Of a stretch of DNA of 64,000 bases, positions 27,743 to 36,413 are shown piece after piece. Positions within the stretch are counted from its first letter, which is position 1. Each line of letters begins with the position of its first letter. The notes under the pieces were generated by a model. It was not told the DNA's origin, did not search any database, and saw only the letters and a program-made list of their open reading frames with translations. Made by a program: the position numbers and the translations under genes. Source of the stretch: an uncultured bacterium (GTDB taxonomy: Bacteria > Patescibacteriota > Minisyncoccia > Phycocordibacterales > UBA2100); assembly GCA_903824595.1 (NCBI GenBank), contig CAIJXH010000007.1, forward strand, positions 5,184-69,183, given 5' to 3'.

Positions 27743-28837
27743 ATGAGAAACACATCATTCAAAATCTTTTTCGCGCTCGGCTTGTTTATTCTCATGCTTC
27801 CGCAATTTTCGTTTGCCGAGTTCACTTCAGATTTGCATTACGGTTCCACTGGTGCCGATGTTTCCGCGCTTCAAGAATTTCTTACCCAACAGAAAGTGTA
27901 TTCCGGTCCGACAAGTGGCAGTTTCTATTCACTCACCCTAGCGGGTGTAAAAAAGTTCCAATCTGCTGAAGGAATAACACCGGTGAGCGGCTATGTCGGA
28001 CGCGTAACGCGAGGAGTAATAAATCAAATTCTTGCAGGACAGGTTTCAACATCGGAAGAAAATGCCACTACGACGCGACCACCTGTGGATTTATCGCAAC
28101 AAAAAGATCAATCCTCCTCTATATCAAGTGTCTCACCAACTATTACACTTCCCAATGGTGCAATAGTGCGACTGAATACGGACGGTGCTGTTACTTCATA
28201 CACACCACCAACAACTCTTCGATCGTCAGTGGCAGAGCAAAATCAGAAATCTTCACGAGACATCACAACTCAAACACCGACACTGACCCCTCTTCCAACA
28301 CCATCAATAGCCATACCCACATCTTCGCCCATAATAGATTCATCTACCACATCGACTGTTGCTGTTGCGCGCGCTCTTACCATAGCAAATAGTCCGCACA
28401 CTGTTTCGAAAACGGTCGTTGTTGGTAGCCAAAGAGTATCCTTCGCGACAATCCAACTTGTTGCATCCGACTCGCCTTACGATATTTATGTAGGTGCACT
28501 GCCACTTATTCTCAATGTAGGAAATTCCGCAAAAGCAACTGACATTAGTGATTGTATGATATGGCTTAGTGGTAACCTGATCAATGCTGGCGCTAATATC
28601 GTGAGTTTTCCGAAGGTTGGCACAAAGACAATTTTTAGTTTTGACCCAACTGTAATGGTGCCAAAATACGGCGCACTCTCACTCCCTCTCACCTGCAATA
28701 TCGCAACCTCTTCTACACCTGGCGGAACATATTCATGGTCTGTCGACACGAATACAACAGACTATATTGGTCTTTCTTCCGCAACCATAATCAACGTAGC
28801 AGATGGTCCATCGCCAACAATTACTATCTCAAACTGA
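27743..28837 (+). CDS. Secreted protein with an N-terminal peptidoglycan-binding domain, a Ser/Thr/Pro linker and a C-terminal beta-rich domain
   Basis: A signal peptide (MRNTSFKIFFALGLFILMLPQFSFA), a PG_binding_1-like block (GSTGADVSALQEFLTQQKVYSGPTSGSFYSLTLAGVKKFQSAEGI), and a T/S/P-rich linker. Confidence 0.6.
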   Translation: MRNTSFKIFFALGLFILMLPQFSFAEFTSDLHYGSTGADVSALQEFLTQQKVYSGPTSGSFYSLTLAGVKKFQSAEGITPVSGYVGRVTRGVINQILAGQVSTSEENATTTRPPVDLSQQKDQSSSISSVSPTITLPNGAIVRLNTDGAVTSYTPPTTLRSSVAEQNQKSSRDITTQTPTLTPLPTPSIAIPTSSPIIDSSTTSTVAVARALTIANSPHTVSKTVVVGSQRVSFATIQLVASDSPYDIYVGALPLILNVGNSAKATDISDCMIWLSGNLINAGANIVSFPKVGTKTIFSFDPTVMVPKYGALSLPLTCNIATSSTPGGTYSWSVDTNTTDYIGLSSATIINVADGPSPTITISN

Positions 28838-28854
28838 GAGACATCCTTCAAACC

Positions 28855-29691
28855 ATGCAGGACTTGCTGTCATTTATAGTGAGACGTTTGGGTTGGAGGG
28901 CGTTGCATCTGATACTACCATTGAGCATCATTGCTCTCTCGGTGGCGGGCTGTGTGGCGATTGTGTACTACACGAGTAGACCTGCCGACAGTCTCTTGTG
29001 TCCAAGCGCATACACCACCACCGAAGAGGCGACGGCATCCTTCCAAGCATTCACGAATAACTTTTACGACGCACATCCAGATGCCTCACTGAGTGATCTT
29101 GCTGCCGCACGCCACGACTTCTATGTATCGCATCACTGCACGCAAGAACTTGCGGCATACCAACAAGCAGTAGATGGTAACGCTGATCCTGCGACAATGA
29201 AGATGATAGACCAAGCGATTGGAAAGGTTTTGACAGCAATAAAGGACGCCGAATCAAAACGCCCGCCCGGCATTGGAGCGTCACCCAGCGAAAAAGAAAT
29301 CTACGAAAATCCCTATATCAAGCACATCCGTACAGCCTTACACGGGTACTTGGACGGGACGAATGATGGGGTTGAAGTGGATAGTCTTGCTCTCGGCACA
29401 CAGAATGAGCGTTGCGGTCTTGAACACTTTGACAAATCGTATTACAGGAGCAAATTTGTCATTTACAGTGCCGAAAACAATGAGTACGGAGGAGTCGAAG
29501 CCAACATAATTTTTATTGATAAGCCCAACGCTGTATTCTGGGCTTGGGTCTATCAATATGGTGGTGATGAGAATGGCGATAAGAAATATGCCTTGAGAGG
29601 CTTTTGCGAGCAGAAATTACCTGCGGAACATAAAGCCGAATTGCTCAAGACAATGTCGGAGTTTGCACACGAATCCAAATACTCCATTTGA
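28855..29691 (+). CDS. Hypothetical membrane-anchored protein
   Basis: An N-terminal TM (LHLILPLSIIALSVAGCVAIVYY) followed by a soluble domain. Start at the ATG at 28855; the track ORF starts upstream inside the previous gene. Confidence 0.5.
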   Translation: MQDLLSFIVRRLGWRALHLILPLSIIALSVAGCVAIVYYTSRPADSLLCPSAYTTTEEATASFQAFTNNFYDAHPDASLSDLAAARHDFYVSHHCTQELAAYQQAVDGNADPATMKMIDQAIGKVLTAIKDAESKRPPGIGASPSEKEIYENPYIKHIRTALHGYLDGTNDGVEVDSLALGTQNERCGLEHFDKSYYRSKFVIYSAENNEYGGVEANIIFIDKPNAVFWAWVYQYGGDENGDKKYALRGFCEQKLPAEHKAELLKTMSEFAHESKYSI

Positions 29692-29912
29692 TCGGTGTTG
29701 AAGACGATGCTTCAAAGTGCGCACATCAGTCTAATGTTGGAACCTGCCACAAACAATATACGGTTCCACCTTTTCTTTTTGCTGCGAAGCGTTTAGGTGG
29801 GAATGATAAGGTGAGAGCGGGCGGAGTCATGTTATGTGAATCCGTGCGCAATCAAATACAACTGTGCGGGCGGCTCGCATTCTGTCTCCACACATGCCAT
29901 AATTTCAACGGC

Positions 29913-30067
29913 AAGAACATTGCTTCAATCCCTGCACTACCGCTGGCTATTTATATGTCCGTAAGCCACGCGGGTTGGTACTTGAAAAGTGCCTTCATCG
30001 TCCTCAGATCTACGTAGAGCGGAGAATCGATACAGTAATGCAGGGATTGAAAGAATGTCGTTGCTTG
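29913..30067. repeat. Imperfect ~30 bp inverted repeats (29913-29940 and 30035-30067) separated by ~95 bp in a non-coding stretch
   Basis: CAAGAACATTGCTTCAATCCCTGCACTAC pairs with GTAATGCAGGGATTGAAAGAATGTCGTTGCTTG; the arms are about 85% complementary. Confidence 0.4.
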
Positions 30068-30225
30068 TCGCCAACCCTATGACAGAGTATCACAAAAACG
30101 AACAATGGGAAGTAAAATGCATACAAACAAGAGAACATAGCATGTATTTACAGAGATTTTTATGACATTTAGAGATACTGGTAAGGGTTGTTGACAGGAT
30201 AAATGGGAGGAGTAAAATCAGCTGT

Positions 30226-30600
30226 ATGGAAGAATATAACTTTGATGAGTTCAATTCGGTTGGGACAAGATTCAATCCAACAATTAGTCTTGGCGATTCG
30301 GAAAGGTTTTATTTGGGCGGTTCCTTCTGTAGGAAATACAACATATCCGATATGGTTGGGGTAAAACTTATGTACGATAAAGCAAAAAATGCTGTGGGTT
30401 TTAGGTTCTTGAAGCAGAAAGAAGACGGTATGATTGGCCTAAAGAGACTTGGTAAAGATTCCGCGTACATCAATGCAAAAGCATTTCTTGGCATGTATGA
30501 TATAGAGTATAAGAAGTTCTCGAATCGTTACTTACCAAAAGAGGTCAATAGTGGAGATAAGAAGATTCTGGTCATTGAACTCAAAGAGACAATGAAGTAG
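30226..30600 (+). CDS. Hypothetical protein (124 aa)
   Basis: A complete ORF preceded by a GGGAGGAG RBS-like purine run; no recognisable domain. Confidence 0.45.
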   Translation: MEEYNFDEFNSVGTRFNPTISLGDSERFYLGGSFCRKYNISDMVGVKLMYDKAKNAVGFRFLKQKEDGMIGLKRLGKDSAYINAKAFLGMYDIEYKKFSNRYLPKEVNSGDKKILVIELKETMK

Positions 30601-30855
30601 ATTCGCTAAAGTTGTCGAAAATATCGTTTCGTAAAACGGACTACTATCAATGTTGATCAACAGATGTTTCCATTCGTTGCATCAATCTGATCATTATCAG
30701 CCGATGTTCCATCTGCAACATGAATTCTCTGTTGAAAAATAGGGGTATATTTATGTCATGTTCCGGGAGCCGCTGACATACATCGCCTACAGGGCGATTC
30801 TGTCATATGCGGCTCCGAGGGAGACAAGCGCCTGGACGCTTGTCGAGTGGGACGA

Positions 30856-30925
30856 GAACAGCGGAGCGATGTCGAGCAAGCTTGCGAGACCGCGAGCTGG
30901 TGCCTAACCCGAGCCGAGTGTCGAT
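30856..30925. repeat. GC-rich module; copy B, closely related to 4838-4905
   Basis: GAACAGCGGAGCGATGTCGAGCAAGCTTGCGAGACCGCGAGCTGGTG lies in a 450 bp non-coding stretch, about 20 nt before the imperfect tRNA-Asn 3' end copy. Confidence 0.5.
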
Positions 30926-31052
30926 GAGGTGAGAGGTGAAGGAGAGTCTACCCCGGAGCAAAGAAGTTTTAGTTCCCTTTTCAATTTTTCAACCCCGATT
31001 TTTCTTTTTAGGCAGGGGCGGCGCAGAAATGCCAAAATACGGAGAGTGAATC

Positions 31053-31508
31053 TCAGCTCGATCGTACAATGTATTTTTTGCTCGCTATGTAAAATACAGG
31101 AATGTTGATTAAGTAAGTCATGAGCCGTAGTACAAGAACCGGAATCAGGTCAACGGTGGTGCCTTTCAAGATCATAAAAACGATTGGATCAGCGAAAAAT
31201 TCAAGCGAAAGAACCGCGACAAATACAAGCGAAAGAACCGCCAGATAGATTGTCGAAAGTCTCACAATTTTCATCGGATCGTTAACGATGTACATTCGAT
31301 TTACATAGCGCGCCGAATATATAACAGCGAGATATACGATGAGCGGCGACACGACGAGAGTAATAAGACCTTGCAGTAAGCCTTCAATATTCAATGAGCG
31401 AAATACAAAAGACAGAATAATGTCTCCCACAAACGGAACGACAAGCCCTGCTGTAAGATAGTGCGTCGTCGCAATATACCAATTCGCCGATGTCTTTTTT
31501 GCGGGCAT
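31053..31508 (-). CDS. Hypothetical integral membrane protein (4 TM)
   Basis: 151 aa, hydrophobic throughout. Confidence 0.5.
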   Translation of the reverse strand: MPAKKTSANWYIATTHYLTAGLVVPFVGDIILSFVFRSLNIEGLLQGLITLVVSPLIVYLAVIYSARYVNRMYIVNDPMKIVRLSTIYLAVLSLVFVAVLSLEFFADPIVFMILKGTTVDLIPVLVLRLMTYLINIPVFYIASKKYIVRSS

Positions 31509-31563
31509 AATCTTATTATTATACCCCTTTCGTTAGCATGGCTGGCCACAAGTCCATGTCGGT

Positions 31564-32112
31564 GTGGGGAAAACTTGTCAGCTGGTCAAAAGACGCTATT
31601 TCCTCGATCCCGCCGACTTTCGAGGTGCTATAATCAGCATGATGATTTTTTTGATGGTTGGATCTGCCGCGATTTTTATTGTGAGTGTCAGTTTTCTTTT
31701 TCTGTTCCGCGATACCATTGACGATTCGATATGGTTTATCCCACTACTCTCCGGCGTGATCGTCGGTTTCCTGTTCTTGCTCGCCGCCGTGAGCAAATTC
31801 ATACCGCAACATCCTCAAGCAGAAGAATTCCGCAGAGCGCGGAGAAAATCCAAGTTCATCAGAAATGCCATCGTATTCGCACTCTGTATACCTTTCATTG
31901 TCGCGGCAACACTAACTCCACGATACGTTCAACTCATAGTAACAGAAGAGGAATGGTCCCGCGTTTTCGTCGAAGAACAGTATCAGGGTAAATGTTATAC
32001 GAAGGAATGGAACCTCTCGCGAATAAAGTGTATCGGGACAGGTTTCGACTGGCCGCTTGAGAAACTGCTCTGGTTGATGAGCAAACCAGGTCTATTGAAC
32101 ATTCTAAGGTAG
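31564..32112 (+). CDS. Hypothetical membrane protein
   Basis: 182 aa, three N-terminal TM helices and a soluble C-terminus. Confidence 0.5.
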   Translation: MGKTCQLVKRRYFLDPADFRGAIISMMIFLMVGSAAIFIVSVSFLFLFRDTIDDSIWFIPLLSGVIVGFLFLLAAVSKFIPQHPQAEEFRRARRKSKFIRNAIVFALCIPFIVAATLTPRYVQLIVTEEEWSRVFVEEQYQGKCYTKEWNLSRIKCIGTGFDWPLEKLLWLMSKPGLLNILR

Positions 32113-32401
32113 GCTGGTTTGGATGGGACGACGCTCCAGTAGTGCGCAACATAATAGTCGCTATATGATTATTGCGACACAATAGTACCGATTGCCACAT
32201 CTGCGGGACGAGCGTTTATGGATAATGGTGTCCCAATTTCTGACCCCAATTTTTGAGTAGTGTACAGCCAAAGCAAAAGACTGGACGAGCGGAATCAAAA
32301 GTGTCGCTCGCGTGAAGCTATCTATTTCTGCAAATAGGTACATACTCATGGTATTAGCTGAGGCATCAGCATGAGTGCTCTGATGCATAATCGACACTTG
32401 T

Positions 32402-32539
32402 ATGCTTACAACAATTGCAATCGTTCTTTTGGTTCTATGGGTTTTCGGTTTTATAGGATTTCATGTGCTAGGAGGGTTTATTCACATTCTTTTAGTCGTT
32501 GCCGTCATTATGTTGTTGTTGAGAATTATTCAAGGATAA
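32402..32539 (+). CDS. Small membrane protein of the lmo0937-like family (45 aa; below the track cutoff)
   Basis: MLTTIAIVLLVLWVFGFIGFHVLGGFIHILLVVAVIMLLLRIIQG; the G-x-IHILLVVA block is characteristic of this widespread small-protein family. It is in a different frame from the track ORF 32371..32823, which is spurious. Confidence 0.45.
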   Translation: MLTTIAIVLLVLWVFGFIGFHVLGGFIHILLVVAVIMLLLRIIQG

Positions 32540-32554
32540 GATTCATAACCACAT

Positions 32555-33490
32555 ATGACATACATGGCACACATATCAAAACTACGGAGACGTGGCGTAT
32601 TCATGACCCTCTTGTTATGTGTGCTTTGTGTCGTGTCATTCGGGATATTCTATTTCAAGAACGCGGCGTCCATTGTACATATCGCGAAGGTTATGGGCAT
32701 CACATCAATTTTAGAAATTGCGTCAAATGGGAGTACAACATTGATTGCGGGTATACAGCCAGGTGGAGGCAAAACCACTACAACCACATCCATGTTTGGT
32801 GTCGTACAACCGCCGCTTTCTGAATATATGGAGGTTATGGATGGATGTGGTCCATACTACGATACGGGGACATGCGTAAATATGCGTTCTGGTCCGGGTA
32901 TCACGTACTCCGTGGTTGCGCGTTTGCGCACTGGCGTAGTTTTGCGAGTAAAAAAAGAGGTCACAATTGATGGTGTGATATGGGATAACATCGGATTTGA
33001 TAATGAGGTGCGCTACAAAGATCGTCTTCCAGAAGATCTATATGTTGCGGCTGCGTTTGTTCGAAATTTCTATCATGACGGAAACTATGTGTGGATGAAA
33101 AGTGCCGCGACCACTACAAAGCGAATCGTGGTTGATGTATCGGAACAAATGTTATACGCCTATGATGGTGCCACTCTTTTTATGAAAGAGCCTGTGTCAA
33201 CAGGTCTTGAGCTAACTCCAACCGCACGTGGTACTTTTACCGTATTCAAAATGACACCAGCCCGATACATGCAAGGACCATTGCCCGGAGTGAGTGAGCA
33301 AATATATGACTTGCCGGGAGTTCCGTGGAATCTGTATTTTACAGAAGGAGGTGCCGTCATTCACGGTGCGTATTGGCACGATCATTTTGGTGAACCGTGG
33401 TCTCATGGGTGTGTGAATTTGCCACCCCAGAAGGCAAAGCAACTCTACGAGTGGGCGGTCATTGGCACAAAAGTAACCATTCAGAATTGA
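32555..33490 (+). CDS. L,D-transpeptidase (YkuD domain) with an N-terminal TM anchor
   Basis: C-terminal catalytic block ...IHGAYWHDHFGEPWSHGCVNLPPQKAKQLYEW (the His...SHGC motif). Confidence 0.8.
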   Translation: MTYMAHISKLRRRGVFMTLLLCVLCVVSFGIFYFKNAASIVHIAKVMGITSILEIASNGSTTLIAGIQPGGGKTTTTTSMFGVVQPPLSEYMEVMDGCGPYYDTGTCVNMRSGPGITYSVVARLRTGVVLRVKKEVTIDGVIWDNIGFDNEVRYKDRLPEDLYVAAAFVRNFYHDGNYVWMKSAATTTKRIVVDVSEQMLYAYDGATLFMKEPVSTGLELTPTARGTFTVFKMTPARYMQGPLPGVSEQIYDLPGVPWNLYFTEGGAVIHGAYWHDHFGEPWSHGCVNLPPQKAKQLYEWAVIGTKVTIQN

Positions 33491-33538
33491 TACGTGGTGT
33501 TTCCTTGTGTATCCGTGCAATCTATGTAGTATGGCGTA

Positions 33539-34174
33539 ATGATATTTCCATTCATCGTTATCAACACGCAATCATCCGTATTCACAACCACGCCTCACTC
33601 TCAACAAATTATTCTCGCGTCATCACGCACGCAAAGCGTAGAAGCTGCTCACACGGCTTCCGATGTCCCGTTTTATTCTCAATTTGTCGACATATCGGCA
33701 CCTGCGTGGAAGAAAGTCGGATGCGGGATTGCGAGTCTTGCCATGATTATCGATTTTTATAAACCTGCCGTACCAGTAAACACATTGTTGACGCGGGGCA
33801 TTGCGGCTGGCGCATACACACAAAATGCAGGCTGGTCGTACAAAGGACTCATTGCGCTCGCCCAAAAATATGGACTCGAAGGAGCTAGTTATGATCTCTC
33901 GAAACTCGGTACGAATGTCGCTCTCAAAAAATTCAAAACCCTACTCAATGATGGTCCTGTTATAGCATCGGTGCACTACAAATTTGACCCGCACAGTTCA
34001 ATACCGCATCTTGTGGTAATAAACAGAATAGAGGACGACACCCTGTATTACAACGATCCCGCTGCAAAGAGCGGAGACAAGCAAATCTCTGTCACTGATT
34101 TTGAAAGAGGGTGGAAAATGAGATTCATCGTTTTTAGGCCTGTTGTTGAAAAAGAAAGTGGCGCATCTGTCTGA
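33539..34174 (+). CDS. C39-like papain-fold peptidase domain protein (Peptidase_C39_2 / YvpB-like)
   Basis: PFYSQF...WKKVGCGIASLAMIIDFY (a catalytic Cys context), with His/Asp later (HLVVINRIEDD). Confidence 0.6.
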   Translation: MIFPFIVINTQSSVFTTTPHSQQIILASSRTQSVEAAHTASDVPFYSQFVDISAPAWKKVGCGIASLAMIIDFYKPAVPVNTLLTRGIAAGAYTQNAGWSYKGLIALAQKYGLEGASYDLSKLGTNVALKKFKTLLNDGPVIASVHYKFDPHSSIPHLVVINRIEDDTLYYNDPAAKSGDKQISVTDFERGWKMRFIVFRPVVEKESGASV

Positions 34175-34211
34175 TACGGGATGGTGGTCAACAAAATCAG
34201 TGTATACTGTT

Positions 34212-34757
34212 ATGATGCATACCATGCGAGCGGAAGGAGAAAAAGTACCAGATGTTGTATTCAAGACGCGCGTGCGCGATGAGTCGATTGGAGGAGAAAA
34301 TCCGTATCGTTGGCAAGACAGATCGTCACACGACATATTCGACGGTAAACGAGTCGTTGTGTTTGGATTGCCGGGAGCGTTTACTCCCACATGCTCATCG
34401 ACACATGCTCCTGGGTTTGAATCGGTATATGACGATCTTGTGTCGTGTGGTGTTGACGACGTGTACTGTTTGTCTGTGAATGATGCGTTTGTGATGAAGC
34501 AGTGGGCAGACAAACTCGGTATCAAGAACATCAAAATGCTTCCCGATGGCAACGCAGAATTTACGCGTGGCATGGGAATGTTGGTAAAAAAAGAAAATCT
34601 AGGGTTTGGAGAACGAAGCTGGCGCTACTCGATGCTTGTTGAGAACGGTGTAATCAAGAAATTATTTGTAGAGCCAGGGCACGCCGACAATCACGAAGAA
34701 GATCCATTTGAAGTTTCCGACGCGCTCACGATGCGTGCGTATCTCAAGAATACATAA
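34212..34757 (+). CDS. Peroxiredoxin, Prx5-like subfamily (AhpC/TSA fold)
   Basis: VVVFGLPGAFTPTCSSTHAPGF, the peroxidatic Cys motif of Prx5-type enzymes. Start at the internal ATG. Confidence 0.8.
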   Translation: MMHTMRAEGEKVPDVVFKTRVRDESIGGENPYRWQDRSSHDIFDGKRVVVFGLPGAFTPTCSSTHAPGFESVYDDLVSCGVDDVYCLSVNDAFVMKQWADKLGIKNIKMLPDGNAEFTRGMGMLVKKENLGFGERSWRYSMLVENGVIKKLFVEPGHADNHEEDPFEVSDALTMRAYLKNT

Positions 34758-34826
34758 CGCCTGCGTTTTGGCGCATTGGACAGCGCGCTTTCGTTTGTCG
34801 CACAATACCTATATAATGGGCGCTCT

Positions 34827-35897
34827 ATGAAGAATTACTACGATATTCTTGGGGTAGGAAAAACCGCCAGCGAGGAAGAGATAAAGAGCGCGTTTCGTAA
34901 GCTTGCGCATAAATACCATCCCGATAAGAAAGGTGGCGATGAAGCTAAATTCAAAGAAGCCAGCGAGGCGTATGCAGTGCTGTCTGATAAAAAGAAACGC
35001 GCCGAGTATGATACCTATGGTAAAACGTTTGCTGGTGGAGCAGGGTCTGGCGCTGGAGGATTTGGTGGATTTGATTTTTCAGGATTCCAAAATGGATTCG
35101 GCGGGCAAGGAGTCGAGTTCGATCTTGGTGATATTTTTGGCGACGTATTTGGGGGCGGATCCGCGCGATCATCTTCGCGGGGTCGTGACATATCAATAGA
35201 CATAGAGCTGTCGTTCCGTGAGTCGATTTTTGGTACCGAACGACGCGTGCTGCTCTCAAAGATGTCGACGTGCGAAGAATGCGCTGGTTCTGGCGCCAAG
35301 AAAGGAAGTAAGATTGTTTCCTGCAATCACTGCAATGGAAAAGGGGCCATCAAAGAAACCCGCAATACTTTTTTTGGTCAGTTCGTGTCGTCACGACCGT
35401 GCGCGACATGCCGCGGATCGGGTACTGTTCCTGAGACACCGTGCGCGCGTTGTCGCGGCGAAGGTGTATCGAAACGAGAAGAAGAAATTCATGCGGTGAT
35501 TCCTTCGGGTATTCAAGATGGGGAAATGATTCGTATGCCAGGCAAAGGAGAGGTGGCACGCGGTTCTTCGCCAGGAGATTTGTATATCAAAATACACGTA
35601 AAACAAGAGCGTGATTTTACTCGCGATGGTGTCAACATACTCACAACGCTCCCCATCAAGTTGTCCGATGCGCTCCTGGGTGGCGAGTACCGCATTCGCA
35701 CGCTTGACGGAGAAGAAACTATCACCATTACACCGGGCATACTTCATGGCGATATGTTGCGAGTCAAAGGTAAGGGAGTGCCACACGGAAGAGGCAGCAG
35801 GGGCGATCTTTTGGTGCGTATTGCTATCGATATCCCAAAGAAACTTTCTAAAGAGGCACGGGCTCTTGTGGAAAAGCTTCGTGCAGAGGGTATTTAG
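34827..35897 (+). CDS. dnaJ: Chaperone DnaJ (Hsp40)
   Basis: J-domain with HPD (YHPDKK), a Gly/Phe-rich region, four CxxCxGxG zinc-finger repeats, and a C-terminal substrate-binding domain. Confidence 0.92.
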   Translation: MKNYYDILGVGKTASEEEIKSAFRKLAHKYHPDKKGGDEAKFKEASEAYAVLSDKKKRAEYDTYGKTFAGGAGSGAGGFGGFDFSGFQNGFGGQGVEFDLGDIFGDVFGGGSARSSSRGRDISIDIELSFRESIFGTERRVLLSKMSTCEECAGSGAKKGSKIVSCNHCNGKGAIKETRNTFFGQFVSSRPCATCRGSGTVPETPCARCRGEGVSKREEEIHAVIPSGIQDGEMIRMPGKGEVARGSSPGDLYIKIHVKQERDFTRDGVNILTTLPIKLSDALLGGEYRIRTLDGEETITITPGILHGDMLRVKGKGVPHGRGSRGDLLVRIAIDIPKKLSKEARALVEKLRAEGI

Positions 35898-35914
35898 TTT
35901 GTTAGAATCATTCA

Positions 35915-36400
35915 ATGAATCACAGCATGGCTGCTTTTATACATCTATCTCCCGATTGGATCGTGATCGGTGTGTGTGTCGTTGTTCTTTCGTTTGATGC
36001 GTTTCGTTCTGGTGTGGGTAGGGTAGTCGCGTGCGCACTAGCGTTTCCTATAACCTCTGTTTTTTTGGATGACGTCTCTCGCGCGTGGTTTGTCGAAACA
36101 TTCGTCGCGCGACTCTCGACACCTCTTCTGAATGCGGCAGAATACGGTGTCGTGTTTGCCGTCGTCTACGTACTCGTGTATCGCATGAGCATGTGTTATT
36201 TCGGAGAAAGCGGTCATGTGTTGCTCGCGCTTTTGTCTGGTATGGCTGGAACGGTGATCATTGTTACGTTCTTTGTGCACACGCCAGCTCTTGCGGTGTT
36301 GTGGAATATCGGACAGCCGATTCGCGCGCTATTTGCCGCGCACTATGTATTCTGGTGGCTTCTTGGTTCGTACGGTGCTCTCGCGTGGGCGCGAGGGTGA
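35915..36400 (+). CDS. Hypothetical membrane protein (CvpA-like topology)
   Basis: 161 aa, four hydrophobic helices. Confidence 0.4.
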   Translation: MNHSMAAFIHLSPDWIVIGVCVVVLSFDAFRSGVGRVVACALAFPITSVFLDDVSRAWFVETFVARLSTPLLNAAEYGVVFAVVYVLVYRMSMCYFGESGHVLLALLSGMAGTVIIVTFFVHTPALAVLWNIGQPIRALFAAHYVFWWLLGSYGALAWARG

Positions 36401-36413
36401 CGTCGTATTGGTT

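Larger units (their letters stand above)
22992..30959. mobile_element. Putative integrated element (~8 kb) at the 3' end of tRNA-Asn, with a recombinase, a RecA-like ATPase, and cargo of secreted or hypothetical proteins
   Basis: A serine recombinase gene abuts and overlaps the tRNA-Asn 3' end. The tRNA 3' end GAGTCCCACCCCCGGAGC (22992-23009) recurs imperfectly as GAGTCTACCCCGGAGC at 30944-30959 (16/18). All genes between are hypothetical, replication-like, or secreted. The shared GC-rich module lies just inside the right repeat. Confidence 0.45.

Noticed and set aside
29688-30017. 109 aa plus-strand ORF in the non-coding stretch after 28855..29691
   Set aside because: It has no RBS, an odd Cys/His composition, and spans the inverted-repeat region. 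It is more likely non-coding.
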